This document shows, one piece after another, positions 43,061-52,416 of a stretch of DNA of 64,000 bases. The stretch comes from Vicinamibacterales bacterium (GTDB lineage: Bacteria > Acidobacteriota > Vicinamibacteria > Vicinamibacterales > 2-12-FULL-66-21), in NCBI GenBank assembly GCA_048594975.1, contig JBMDXQ010000104.1, forward strand, positions 36,552 through 100,551, written 5' to 3'. Both the position numbers and the translations under genes were made by a program. The first letter of the stretch is position 1. Each line of letters begins with the position of its first letter. The notes under the pieces were generated by a model, which was not told the DNA's origin, made no database searches, and was given only the letters and a program-made list of their open reading frames with translations.

Positions 43061-44269
43061 ATGGAGTTCCGCTGCAGGCTCGGCACCGCGGGCGGCGAAA
43101 TCATCGAAGGCATCTACGTCGCTGACAGCGAGGCGCGGCTCAGGCGGGAGTTCGAGGACAAGGGACTCTTCGTCCTCGGCATCCAGCGCTCCGGCCCGCT
43201 GGCGCTCAGCGGCCTTGCGCTGCCGCGGCGCAGCCGCGTGCCCACGCGCGAGTTCCTCATCTTCAACCAGGAGCTCGCCACGCTGCTCAAAGCCGGCATG
43301 CCGCTCGTGCAATCGCTCGACATCCTCCGCCGGCGGGTGAGCCAGCCGCTGTTCAAGGGCGTGCTCGATGACGTGCACGAGCGGGTCCGGGGCGGCAGTG
43401 CGCTGTCGGAGGCGTTCGAGGCGCAGGGCGGTCTGTTCCCGGGCGTCTACACCGCGTCGCTGCTGGCCGGAGAAAAGAGCGGCAACCTCGAGCAGGTGAT
43501 CCGACGCTACGTCGCGTACGTGAAGACGCTGGCGGCGGTGCGGCGCAAGACGATCTCGGCGCTCATCTACCCTTCGATCCTCTTCGCCCTGTCCTGCGTC
43601 GTCGTCGGCATCATCGTGCTGCGGGTCGTCCCGGAGTTCTCCGCCTTCTACGCGATGGGCAACCAGGAGCTGCCGCTGTCCACCCGCATGCTGGTGTCGA
43701 TCTCCGATTTCGCGCTGGCCTACCTGGGTCTGCTCGTCGCCGCGCTCGCGATCGCCGCCGCCGCTGTCTGGATCTGGCTGCGCCAGCCGGGCGTCCGCGT
43801 GCGCGTCGACCGCTGGCAGCTCGACCTGCCGGGGCTGGGACCGATCGCTCGCAAGTACTCGACGTCGCAGGCGGCGCGCACGCTGGCGACGCTGCTCGGC
43901 GGCGGCATTCCGCTCGTCAACTCCATCGACGTGGCGGCGCGATCCATCCAGAACCAGTACATGGCCCGGCAGCTCGAGGTCGCCGCCCGGCAGGTACGGG
44001 AAGGGCGAGCGCTCTCGGCGACGATGAGCGACAGCGGCGTCTTCCCGGAGGTCGCGATCCGCATGGTGGAGGTGGGGGAGTCCACCGGGGCACTGCAGGA
44101 GATGCTGAACAGTGTCGCGGACTTCTTCGACGAGGACATTGATACGAGCCTCGGCCGCTTCGTGACGCTCATCGAGCCGACGCTGCTCGTGATCATGGGC
44201 CTGGTCATCGCCGGGCTGCTGCTCTCGCTGTACATGCCGCTCTTCAACCTGTCGGGAGCGCTGCGCTGA
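43061..44269 (+). CDS. GspF/PilC-family inner-membrane platform protein
   Basis: Track ORF is 43025..44269, and the ATG at 43061 is preferred. Two T2SSF repeats are present (REFLIFNQELATLLKAGMPLVQSLDIL; STSQAARTLATLLGGGIPLVNSIDV). It ends LLSLYMPLFNLSGAL. Confidence 0.9.
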   Translation: MEFRCRLGTAGGEIIEGIYVADSEARLRREFEDKGLFVLGIQRSGPLALSGLALPRRSRVPTREFLIFNQELATLLKAGMPLVQSLDILRRRVSQPLFKGVLDDVHERVRGGSALSEAFEAQGGLFPGVYTASLLAGEKSGNLEQVIRRYVAYVKTLAAVRRKTISALIYPSILFALSCVVVGIIVLRVVPEFSAFYAMGNQELPLSTRMLVSISDFALAYLGLLVAALAIAAAAVWIWLRQPGVRVRVDRWQLDLPGLGPIARKYSTSQAARTLATLLGGGIPLVNSIDVAARSIQNQYMARQLEVAARQVREGRALSATMSDSGVFPEVAIRMVEVGESTGALQEMLNSVADFFDEDIDTSLGRFVTLIEPTLLVIMGLVIAGLLLSLYMPLFNLSGALR

Positions 44270-44275
44270 GTCATC

Positions 44276-45937
44276 ATGAACGGTAAACCCTCGTCGACCG
44301 CCAACGGTACCGACGCCGATCTCTACGTCGGGGTGCCGGAGATCCCGGCGGCGGATCACGCGGCGGAGGCCGAGCAGGCCCGCCGCCTGGCCGAACGCTA
44401 CCGCCTCGAGTTCGTCGACCTGTCGCAGTTCAGCATCGACCACGAGCTGTTCCGTGCGATCCCGGCCGATCTGATGCTGCGCTACGGCTTCGTGCCCTAC
44501 CGGCGCGAAGGCAACGCCCTGAACATCGTCGTGTCCGATCCCACCGATCTGCCGATGATCGATGAGCTCGCCGTCCTGCTGGCGACGCCGATCAGGGTCA
44601 CGGTCGGGACACCGTCGGCGATCCAGTCGATCCTGAAGAAGAGCGAGAGCTCGACGCGCGTGCTCGAAGAGGCGACCGAGAGCTTCCAGCTGCAGATCCT
44701 CCGCGAAGACGAGACCGGGGAGGACCAGCTCACGGTGGAAAAGCTGACCGCCGACTCGAGTCCGGTGATCCGGCTGGTGGACACGACGATCTACAGCGCC
44801 ATCCAGCGGCGCGCGAGCGACATCCACATCGAGACGCAGGACGACGCCGTGTACGTGAAGTACCGGATCGACGGCGTGCTGCAGCCGGCGATGCGGCCCA
44901 TCGACCGGCGTTTCCACAGCACGATCATCTCGCGCGTCAAGGTCATGGCCGAGCTCGACATCGCCGAGAAGCGCGTGCCGCAGGACGGACGGTTCAAGAT
45001 GCGCATGCCCGGCAAGACCATCGACTTCCGCGTGTCGATCATGCCGAGCGTGCACGGCGAGGACGCGGTCATCCGCATCCTCGACAAGGAGTCGATCAGC
45101 GAGCAGTTCCACGAGCTGCGGCTCGACATCCTCGGCTTTCCCGACGACGAGCTGCGGCGCTTCCGCAAGTACATCGCCGAACCCTACGGCATGGTGCTGG
45201 TGACCGGCCCGACCGGCAGCGGCAAGACCACCACGCTCTACGCCGCGCTGTCGGAGATCAAGTCGATCGAGGACAAGATCATCACCATCGAGGATCCGGT
45301 CGAGTACCAGATCCAGGGCATCACCCAGATCCCGATCAACGAGAAGAAGGGGTTGACGTTTGCGCGCGGCCTGCGCTCGATCCTGCGGCACGATCCGGAC
45401 AAGATCATGGTCGGCGAGATCCGCGATGCCGAGACGGCGCAGATCGCCATCAACTCGGCGCTGACCGGACACCTGGTGTTCACGACGGTGCACGCCAACA
45501 ACGTGCTGGACGTGCTCGGCCGGTTTCTCAACATGGGCGTGGAGGCCTACCAGTTCGTCTCGGCGCTGAACTGCGTGCTGGCGCAGCGGCTGGTGCGCAA
45601 CATCTGCACGCACTGCCGCCGGCGGGCGAGGGTCACGCGCGCCCAGCTGGTCGAGTCGGCGCTCGATCCGGCGCTCGAGTCCAGCGGGCGGTTCTTCGAG
45701 GGCGCCGGTTGCATCGAATGCGGCGGCACCGGCTACAAGGGGCGCACCGCCATCTGCGAGCTGCTCGACCTCAGCGACAACATCCGGCAGATGATCCTCG
45801 ACCGCCGCCCGACCTCGGAGATCAAGAAGGCGGCGCGCGACGAGGGCATGCGGTTCCTGCGCGAGTCGGCAGTCGAGAAGGTGCTCAACGGCGTGACCAC
45901 GCTCCGCGAGATCAACAAGGTAACCTTCGTCGAATGA
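44276..45937 (+). CDS. GspE/PilB-family secretion/pilus assembly ATPase
   Basis: 553 aa. N-terminal T2SSE_N-like region includes LMLRYGFVPYRREGNALNIVVSDPTDL. Walker A is GPTGSGKTTT. Contains VGEIRD, and the tetra-Cys cluster CTHC...CIEC. Confidence 0.92.
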   Translation: MNGKPSSTANGTDADLYVGVPEIPAADHAAEAEQARRLAERYRLEFVDLSQFSIDHELFRAIPADLMLRYGFVPYRREGNALNIVVSDPTDLPMIDELAVLLATPIRVTVGTPSAIQSILKKSESSTRVLEEATESFQLQILREDETGEDQLTVEKLTADSSPVIRLVDTTIYSAIQRRASDIHIETQDDAVYVKYRIDGVLQPAMRPIDRRFHSTIISRVKVMAELDIAEKRVPQDGRFKMRMPGKTIDFRVSIMPSVHGEDAVIRILDKESISEQFHELRLDILGFPDDELRRFRKYIAEPYGMVLVTGPTGSGKTTTLYAALSEIKSIEDKIITIEDPVEYQIQGITQIPINEKKGLTFARGLRSILRHDPDKIMVGEIRDAETAQIAINSALTGHLVFTTVHANNVLDVLGRFLNMGVEAYQFVSALNCVLAQRLVRNICTHCRRRARVTRAQLVESALDPALESSGRFFEGAGCIECGGTGYKGRTAICELLDLSDNIRQMILDRRPTSEIKKAARDEGMRFLRESAVEKVLNGVTTLREINKVTFVE

Positions 45938-47010
45938 GTACCGAGCGCGCGCGTGCCCCGCTGCCCGGCTGGCTGGCCAGCTCGCCGCCGCCCGCCGCGG
46001 TCGAGATCGCACGCGAGCGCGTCACGGCGGTCGCGATGGGCGGCCGCGGCGCGCCCTTCCTCGCCGGCCACGCCACGGTCGGGCTGCCCGCCGGCGCCGT
46101 CGAGCCGTCGCTGAACGCGGTCAACGTCCACGACGCGGCGGCGCTCGCGGCGGCCGTCGGCGAAGCGCTCGACGGGCTGTCGCCGCGCCCGAAACGCATC
46201 GGCCTGGTCCTGCCCGATACCGTTGCCAAAGTGTCGCTGGTCCGCTTCGACAAGGTGCCACCGCGCCAGCACGACCTCGAGCAGCTGATCCGGTGGCAAG
46301 TGCGCAAGGCCGCGCCCTTCCGGCCGGAGGACGCGCAGATCGCGTGGCTGCCTGCGCATCGCTTCGATGACGGGGCACGCGAGTTCCTGGTGACGATGGC
46401 GCGCCGCGACGTCGTCGAGTCGTACGAAAAGGCCTGCGCGGCCGCCGGCGCCTACGCCGGCATCGTCGACCTGGCGACGTTCAACCTGGCGAACCTGATT
46501 ATGGCGGGCCGCCGCGGCGAGCGCGTTCGCAGCGAGACCGGCCCAGGGGCGCCGGGCGGCGACCCTGCGACAGGCTCAGGGTCACCCCGAGCTGCGTCGC
46601 GGGGCGACTGGCTGCTCGTCCATGCCACGCTCGACTACGCGACGCTGGTGGTCGTGCGCGCCGGCGACGTGCTGTTCTTCCGCAACCGCACGACCGAGGA
46701 CGGGGCGGACCTCGCCGACCTGGTCCACCAGACGGCGATGTACCACGAGGACCGGCTCGGCGGGGGCGGATTCGGCCGGATCTTGCTGGCGGGCGCGACG
46801 GCGCGCGGCGCCGCCGAGGCCGACCGACTGCGCCGGCAGCTGGAGGAACGGATCGGCGTGCGCGCCGAACCGGTCGGCTTCGAGCCGGCGGTCGGCCTGC
46901 GCGACCGCATCTCCGCCTCACCCGAACTGGTGGACAGGCTGGCGCCGGCCATCGGGCTGCTGCTGCGCGAGCGCGAGGCGGGCCGAACGACGCCGGAGCG
47001 GGTGGCGTAG
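45934..47010 (+). CDS. pilM: PilM-like actin-fold pilus assembly protein
   Basis: ATGA overlap with the preceding stop. Track ORF 45709..47010 has a spurious N-terminal extension. Contains RIGLVLPDTVAKVSLVRFDKVPPRQHDLEQLIRWQVRK and DLATFNLANL. Confidence 0.8.
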   Translation: MSTERARAPLPGWLASSPPPAAVEIARERVTAVAMGGRGAPFLAGHATVGLPAGAVEPSLNAVNVHDAAALAAAVGEALDGLSPRPKRIGLVLPDTVAKVSLVRFDKVPPRQHDLEQLIRWQVRKAAPFRPEDAQIAWLPAHRFDDGAREFLVTMARRDVVESYEKACAAAGAYAGIVDLATFNLANLIMAGRRGERVRSETGPGAPGGDPATGSGSPRAASRGDWLLVHATLDYATLVVVRAGDVLFFRNRTTEDGADLADLVHQTAMYHEDRLGGGGFGRILLAGATARGAAEADRLRRQLEERIGVRAEPVGFEPAVGLRDRISASPELVDRLAPAIGLLLREREAGRTTPERVA

Positions 47011-47696
47011 TGCTCAGGACCAACCTCTCGACACGCCCGTTCTACAACGAGCGCGCGGTGCACGTCGCGCTCGGCGCGGTGGCGCTCCTGGTGCTGGCGC
47101 TGACAGTTTTCAACGTGACCGACATCGTGCGGCTCTCGCGCGAGAACACCGAGCTGGGGCGGCGGATCGCGGCCGACGAAAGCGAAGCGCGGCGCCTTGC
47201 CACCGAGGCGGCAGGCATCCGCCGCGCGATCAATCGCAGCGAGCTCGAGGTCGTCGCGGCGGCGGCGCGTGAAGCCAACGACCTGATCGATCAGCGCACC
47301 TTCTCCTGGACCGCCTTCTTCAACCACATCGAGGCGACGCTGCCGCCCGACGTCATGCTGGTGGCAGTGCGCCCGTCGGTCAGGGAGCAGCGGACGCACG
47401 TGAGCATCAGCGTGCTGGCCCGCCGCACCGAGGATATCGAGGAGTTCCAGGAAAAGCTCGAGGCTACCGGCGCGTTCGAGGACATCTACCCGGCGCAGCG
47501 CGACAGCACCGGACAGGGCCTGCAGCGGGCGGTGCTCGAAGCCGTTTACACGGCAGCCGCGGCGGAGCCCGAGACGGTCGGCGCGGCGGGCGAGCCGGCG
47601 CCCACGCCCGGCACACCGGAACCCGGGAGGGCAGGCGGTGCGCCCGAGCCGGGGCCGGCGGGCACGGCGAAGTCCGCGGCAGGAGCACGGCGGTGA
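47010..47696 (+). CDS. pilN: PilN-like fimbrial assembly protein
   Basis: GTG overlaps the pilM stop. N-terminus NLSTRPFYNER is followed by a TM segment, then a coiled coil, then FSWTAFFNHIEATLPPDVML. Pro/Ala-rich tail. Confidence 0.75.
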   Translation: MLRTNLSTRPFYNERAVHVALGAVALLVLALTVFNVTDIVRLSRENTELGRRIAADESEARRLATEAAGIRRAINRSELEVVAAAAREANDLIDQRTFSWTAFFNHIEATLPPDVMLVAVRPSVREQRTHVSISVLARRTEDIEEFQEKLEATGAFEDIYPAQRDSTGQGLQRAVLEAVYTAAAAEPETVGAAGEPAPTPGTPEPGRAGGAPEPGPAGTAKSAAGARR

Positions 47697-48262
47697 CCTG
47701 GCGACGCGTCCTGTCGGAGAAGCGCCGGCTGATCTGGCCGCTGGCGGTCGCGGTGGTCGCCAACCTCGCGCTGCTCGTTCTGGTGGTGTACCCGCTCTCC
47801 AAGAAGGTGGCCGGCGGCGAGAAGGAGGCGGAAGCGGCGGCCGCCGAGCTGGCGGCGGCGCGCAAGGACCACGCCGCGGCGCGGGCGACGGTCGCGGGCA
47901 AGCAGATGGCCGACACGGCGCTGCAGCAGTTCTACTCGAGCGTGCTGCCCCCGGATCTGAGCGGCGCGCGCCGCAGCATGGCCCGGATCGACCAGCTGCT
48001 CGCGCGATCGAACCTGCAGCGCGGGCGCGCGGACATGAAGCCGGAAGAGATCCGCGACAGCCAGCTGGCGAAGCTGAAGGTCGACGTCGATTTCTCCGGG
48101 AACTATGTCGATGTGCGGCGCTTCATCTATGCGCTCGAGACGTCGCCGGAGTTCATGGTGGTCGAGAACGTCGAGCTGAGTCAGGACCAGGACGGGAAGT
48201 CGGGACTGAAGGTGACCGCGACGATTGCCACGTATTACCGGGCCGGAGGCGATGGCAACTGA
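47693..48262 (+). CDS. pilO: PilO-like pilus assembly protein
   Basis: GTGA overlap. TM segment is LIWPLAVAVVANLALLVLVV, followed by a coiled coil, then VDVDFSGNYVDVRRFIYALETSPEFMVVENVEL. Confidence 0.7.
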   Translation: MTWRRVLSEKRRLIWPLAVAVVANLALLVLVVYPLSKKVAGGEKEAEAAAAELAAARKDHAAARATVAGKQMADTALQQFYSSVLPPDLSGARRSMARIDQLLARSNLQRGRADMKPEEIRDSQLAKLKVDVDFSGNYVDVRRFIYALETSPEFMVVENVELSQDQDGKSGLKVTATIATYYRAGGDGN

Positions 48263-48848
48263 CACGGTGGCGCCCGCGAGCAACCGTCCTCGCCCATGGC
48301 TGGTCGTCGCGCTCGGGGTCGTGCTGGTCGTCTTCGTCGTCACCCGGTTCTGGCCGTTCGCGAGGCCGGCGACCGCGCCGGGCCGGGCGCAGCCGCCGCG
48401 CGCCCAGGCGCGGGCGGCGGACAACGGCACGCTCGACCCGGAAGACCTGAAAGTGAGGCTCGAGGACCTGAAGGCGCGGCGGCCGGATTGGGGCGAGGTG
48501 GATCGGAACCCGTTCGCCTTCGAGCCGAAAGCGGCGCCGCCTCCGCCGCCGGACACCGCGGCGGCGCAGCGGCCCGCCGAACCGGAAGCACCGGCGGCCC
48601 CGCCGCCGCCGCCACCGCCGCCGCCGATTCCGTTGAAGTTCATCGGCATCGTCGAGGGGCGCGGCGTCGGAAAGGTGGCGGCGTTCAGCGACTGCGTACG
48701 CACGTTTCATGGTCGCGAGGGCGACCTCGTGGACGGCCGTTACCGGCTGCTGAAGATCGGGGTCGAGTCGGTGACCATGACCTACGCGGACGGCCGCGGC
48801 GGGCCGCAGACGATTCGGTTGAGCGGCGAGGAATGCGTGAAGAAGTGA
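48252..48848 (+). CDS. PilP/GspC-HR-like protein with polyproline linker
   Basis: ATG at 48252 follows GGAGG. One TM segment, then a Pro-rich linker (APAAPPPPPPPPPIP), then a beta-rich domain LKFIGIVEGRGVGKVAAFSD..FHGREGDLVDGRYRLLKIGVESV. Confidence 0.5.
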   Translation: MATDTVAPASNRPRPWLVVALGVVLVVFVVTRFWPFARPATAPGRAQPPRAQARAADNGTLDPEDLKVRLEDLKARRPDWGEVDRNPFAFEPKAAPPPPPDTAAAQRPAEPEAPAAPPPPPPPPPIPLKFIGIVEGRGVGKVAAFSDCVRTFHGREGDLVDGRYRLLKIGVESVTMTYADGRGGPQTIRLSGEECVKK

Positions 48849-48894
48849 AGAAACAGTCCAACCCGGGCCCCGGGTGCCGAACTCACAACCACGG

Positions 48895-51369
48895 ATGATG
48901 GCGATGAAGCAGCGGCTGTTTGTACTCCTCGTTCTCGTGGTCCTGGTGTCCGGCTGCGCGGCCAGCCGCGCCTACCGGCGCGGGCAGGAGGCCGCCCGGG
49001 CGGGGGACTGGGACCAGGCGGTCGCCCACTTCACCAAGGCAGTGCAGGAGGATCCGGACAGGGCGGAATTCAAGATCTCGCTCGAGCGGGCGATGCAGAG
49101 CGCGTCGCGCGAGTACATCTCGCGCGCCCGCGAGTTCGAGGCGAAGGAACAGTACGACGCCGCCCTGGCCGCCTACCGGCGTGCCATCGAGCTCGACTCG
49201 ACCAACCGCCTCGCCGCTTCGCGGGCGGCGGAGCTCGAGCGCCTCATCCGCGAGCGCGTCGAAGCGGCCCGGCCGAAGTCGCCGATCACCCGGCTGCAGG
49301 AACAGGCACGACAGCAGGCCGCGCCGCCGCTGCTGAACCCGGCCTCGCGCGAGCCGCTGACCGTCTCGTTCAACGGCAGCCTCAAGGATTTCTTCAACTG
49401 GATCGGGACGCACAGCGGCATCAACATCACGTTCGACCAGACGTACCAGGACCGCGGGTACACCGTACAGCTCGAAGGCGTGACGCTGGAGCAGGCGCTG
49501 CAGCAGACCATGACGGCCAACCAGCTGTTCTACAAGGTGATCAACCAACGCACGATCATGGTGATCCCGGATACGCCGGCCAAGCACCAGCAGTACGACG
49601 AGCTGGTCGTGCGCGTGTTCTACGTGTCGCACGCCGACGTCACCGAGCTCGCGCAAGTGATCAACACCATCATGCGGGTGCCGACCATGCCGGTGGTGCC
49701 CACGCTGCTGCCGAACAAGACGTCGAATACCATCACCGTGCGCGCCACCGCGCCGGTCGTGGACGTGATCGAGCGGATCATCCGCGCCAACGACAAGCCG
49801 CGCGCCGAAGTGATCGTCGACGTGCAGATCCTCGAGGTGAACCGCAGCCGGACGCGCGAGCTGGGCGTGAACCTGAGCAACTACGGGATCGGGGTGATCT
49901 TCTCGCCCGAGGTCGCGCCAACCGGGACCGAGGCGCCACCCCCGTTCAACCTGAACACGATCAGCCAGGGCGTCAGCACGGCGGACTTCTGGCTGACCGT
50001 CCCGACCGCCGCGATCAGGTTCCTGGAGAGCGATACGCGGACGAAGCAGATCGCCAAGCCGCAGCTGCGCGGCGCCGAGGGGCAGGAGATGACCCTCAAC
50101 CTCGGCGACGATGTGCCGGTGCTCTCGACGGTGTTCGGCGCGGCCGTCCCGGGTGGATTCGCCAGCGTGCCGCAGTCGTCGTTCAGCTACCGCCCGGTCG
50201 GCGTCAACCTGACGATCAGCCCGCGCGTGACCTTCGACGGCGAGATCGTGCTGGACCTGACAGTCGAGAGCAGTACGCTGGGGCCGAGCATCACCGTCGC
50301 GGATCAGGAGGTGCCGTCCTTCGGCACGCGCAAGGTGAAGACGCGGCTTCGCTTGCGCGAAGGGGAGTCCAACCTGCTCGCGGGGTTGTTGCGCGACGAC
50401 CAGCGGCGCATCCTGACCGGGATCCCCGGGATCATCAGGATGCCCGTACTGCGATCGCTCTTCGGCCAGACCACTGACGAGATCTCACAGACCGACATCG
50501 TCATGCTCCTGACGCCGCACATCGTGCGGACGCACGAGCTGACGGTGGAGGACTTGGCGCCGATCTTCATCGGCACGCAGTCGAACGTCGGTCTGGCGGG
50601 ACCGCCGCCGCTCATCACCCAGCCGCCCGAGGCGCCCGAACCACAGCCCGGGGCTGCTGCGGCGCAGCCAACCGCGCCACAGGCCACGCCCACCCCGGGC
50701 GCCGCGCAGCCCGGCGTCCCCGGCCCGCCGGGGGCCGCCGCACCGGGCGTGCCGCCGACGCAGCCGCCTCTTCCGCCGGGCACCTCGCCGGTGCCGACGC
50801 TCGTGACACCGCTGCCCCCGCAGCCGACGGTGACGCCGCCGGCCGCGACGGCGACCCCGCCTGGGGCGACGGCGGCCCCGCCGGCCGTGACCGAGACCCC
50901 GCCGCGCGACGTGACGGCCCCCGCCGCGGCGCCGGCAGCCGCGCCAGCCGGCGGGACGGCGCAGGTGGTGGTGTCCGTCCCGGTCACGGAGTTCAGAGTC
51001 GGCGGCGGCCCGTACAACGTGCCGCTGTCGGTGAGCAATGCGTCGGGCGTGTCGGTGCTGACGCTGACGGTCACCTACAACCCCTCGGTCCTGCGCGTGC
51101 GCAGCGTGCAGGAGGGCTCGTTCATGACGCAGGGCGGCGTGAAGGCCAGCTTCTCCCGGCGGATCGACCCGCTGTCCGGCCGCGTGGACATCGCTATTAC
51201 GCGTACCGACGATCGGATCGGCGCCTCGGGGACTGGACTGCTCGCGGCACTGCTGTTCGACGTGATCGCTGCCGGGAGTTCGCCGGTGCAGGTCAGTGGC
51301 GTCGCGAGCACGCCGAACGGCAGCCCCGTGCAGCTGCGGTTCGGCTCGGCGACCGTCACGACGAGGTGA
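48895..51369 (+). CDS. Secretin (GspD/PilQ family) lipoprotein with N-terminal TPR region, long Pro/Ala/Thr linker and C-terminal cohesin-like domain
   Basis: Lipobox is LVVLVSGC. TPR-like helices are GDWDQAVAHFTKAVQEDP and YDAALAAYRRAIELDS. Secretin core includes KPRAEVIVDVQILEVN, RLREGESNLLAGLLRDD, GIPGIIRMPVLRSLFG and DIVMLLTPHIV. A ~130 aa low-complexity linker follows. The final domain is VVVSVPVTEFRVGGGPYNVPLSVSNASGVSVLTLTVTYNPSVLRV...GTGLLAALLFDV. Confidence 0.9.
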   Translation: MMAMKQRLFVLLVLVVLVSGCAASRAYRRGQEAARAGDWDQAVAHFTKAVQEDPDRAEFKISLERAMQSASREYISRAREFEAKEQYDAALAAYRRAIELDSTNRLAASRAAELERLIRERVEAARPKSPITRLQEQARQQAAPPLLNPASREPLTVSFNGSLKDFFNWIGTHSGINITFDQTYQDRGYTVQLEGVTLEQALQQTMTANQLFYKVINQRTIMVIPDTPAKHQQYDELVVRVFYVSHADVTELAQVINTIMRVPTMPVVPTLLPNKTSNTITVRATAPVVDVIERIIRANDKPRAEVIVDVQILEVNRSRTRELGVNLSNYGIGVIFSPEVAPTGTEAPPPFNLNTISQGVSTADFWLTVPTAAIRFLESDTRTKQIAKPQLRGAEGQEMTLNLGDDVPVLSTVFGAAVPGGFASVPQSSFSYRPVGVNLTISPRVTFDGEIVLDLTVESSTLGPSITVADQEVPSFGTRKVKTRLRLREGESNLLAGLLRDDQRRILTGIPGIIRMPVLRSLFGQTTDEISQTDIVMLLTPHIVRTHELTVEDLAPIFIGTQSNVGLAGPPPLITQPPEAPEPQPGAAAAQPTAPQATPTPGAAQPGVPGPPGAAAPGVPPTQPPLPPGTSPVPTLVTPLPPQPTVTPPAATATPPGATAAPPAVTETPPRDVTAPAAAPAAAPAGGTAQVVVSVPVTEFRVGGGPYNVPLSVSNASGVSVLTLTVTYNPSVLRVRSVQEGSFMTQGGVKASFSRRIDPLSGRVDIAITRTDDRIGASGTGLLAALLFDVIAAGSSPVQVSGVASTPNGSPVQLRFGSATVTTR

Positions 51370-51926
51370 AGAACGACATGGAACTTCGACGATCGAGCAT
51401 GGAAGAGAGCGAAGAGGATCGCATTATGCGCTCTCTACCGTTTTCCATTTCCCGTTTTTCATCCGGCCAGGCCGGCTTCACGTTTATCGAGCTGCTAGTC
51501 GTCTCGACCATCCTGCTCATTCTCGCGTCGGCGGCCATGCCCCTGGCGCGGGTGACGATGCAGCGGCAGCGCGAGGCGGAGCTGCGTCGGGCGCTGCGCG
51601 AGATGCGGACGGCGATCGACAAGTACAAGGACGCGGTTGACATGGGGCAGATCGCGTCGGTCGATGTTCGCGCGGGGAGTGAGGGCTATCCGCCGGACCT
51701 GGAGACGCTCGTCGAGGGCGTGTCGGCGGCCAACGACGCCAGCGGTCGGAAGCTCAAGTTCCTCCGGAAGGTCCCGATCGATCCGTTGACCAGCTCGACC
51801 GACTGGGGCCTGCGCTCCTACCAGGATCGTCCCGACTCGACCACCTGGGGCGGGCAGAACGTCTACGACGTCTACACGAAGTCGGACGGCACGGCGCTCG
51901 ATGGGACGAAGTACAGGGACTGGTGA
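51366..51926 (+). CDS. Prepilin-type pseudopilin (GspG-like)
   Basis: N-methylation motif is GQAGFTFIELLVVSTILLIL. The true start is probably ATG 51426 (MRSLPFSISRFSSGQAG). The globular part includes YPPDLETLV and KVPIDPLT. Confidence 0.8.
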   Translation: MKNDMELRRSSMEESEEDRIMRSLPFSISRFSSGQAGFTFIELLVVSTILLILASAAMPLARVTMQRQREAELRRALREMRTAIDKYKDAVDMGQIASVDVRAGSEGYPPDLETLVEGVSAANDASGRKLKFLRKVPIDPLTSSTDWGLRSYQDRPDSTTWGGQNVYDVYTKSDGTALDGTKYRDW

Positions 51927-51929
51927 AGG

Positions 51930-52412
51930 GTGACGGAGTGGTCAGCGGTCACTGGTAATGGCAGTTGCAGGTGGTCAACGGTGAGCGAGAGCAAGGGGAA
52001 TCCGCGGGACGCCTTGCCGCTTCCCCCTTCACGATCGGGTTTCACCCTCGTCGAGCTCCTGATCGTCATGGCGCTCATCTCACTGCTCGCGGCGATGGCG
52101 GTGGTGCAGTACAAGAACTCGGTGCGGCGCAGCGAAGAGGCCGTGCTGAAGACGAACCTGTTTCGCGTGCGCGACGCCATCGATCAGTACTACGCCGACA
52201 AGGGCAAGTACCCCGCCTCGCTCGAGTCGCTGGTGAGCGACGGCTATCTGCGCGCCGTACCGGAGGATCCGATCACGAAGTCGCGCGACACCTGGCAGAC
52301 GGTCCCCGCCGAACCTGACCCGAACAACCCCTCGGCCGACCCCGGCATCTACAACATCAAGAGCGGCGCGCCCGGCTCCGCCCTGGACGGATCGAGCTAC
52401 GTGGACTGGTAA
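51930..52412 (+). CDS. Prepilin-type pseudopilin, GspG-like
   Basis: Contains SGFTLVELLIVMALISLLAAMAV and IDQYYADKGKYPASLESLVSDGYLRAVPEDP. The start is uncertain and the leader is long in the track ORF. Confidence 0.8.
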   Translation: MTEWSAVTGNGSCRWSTVSESKGNPRDALPLPPSRSGFTLVELLIVMALISLLAAMAVVQYKNSVRRSEEAVLKTNLFRVRDAIDQYYADKGKYPASLESLVSDGYLRAVPEDPITKSRDTWQTVPAEPDPNNPSADPGIYNIKSGAPGSALDGSSYVDW

Positions 52413-52416
52413 GGCG

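Noticed and set aside
42839-46012. 1057-aa minus-strand ORF across the platform-protein and ATPase genes
   Set aside because: It is a shadow ORF antisense to two genes with unmistakable GspF and GspE motifs. It has no motif of its own and an Arg/Asp/His-rich composition.
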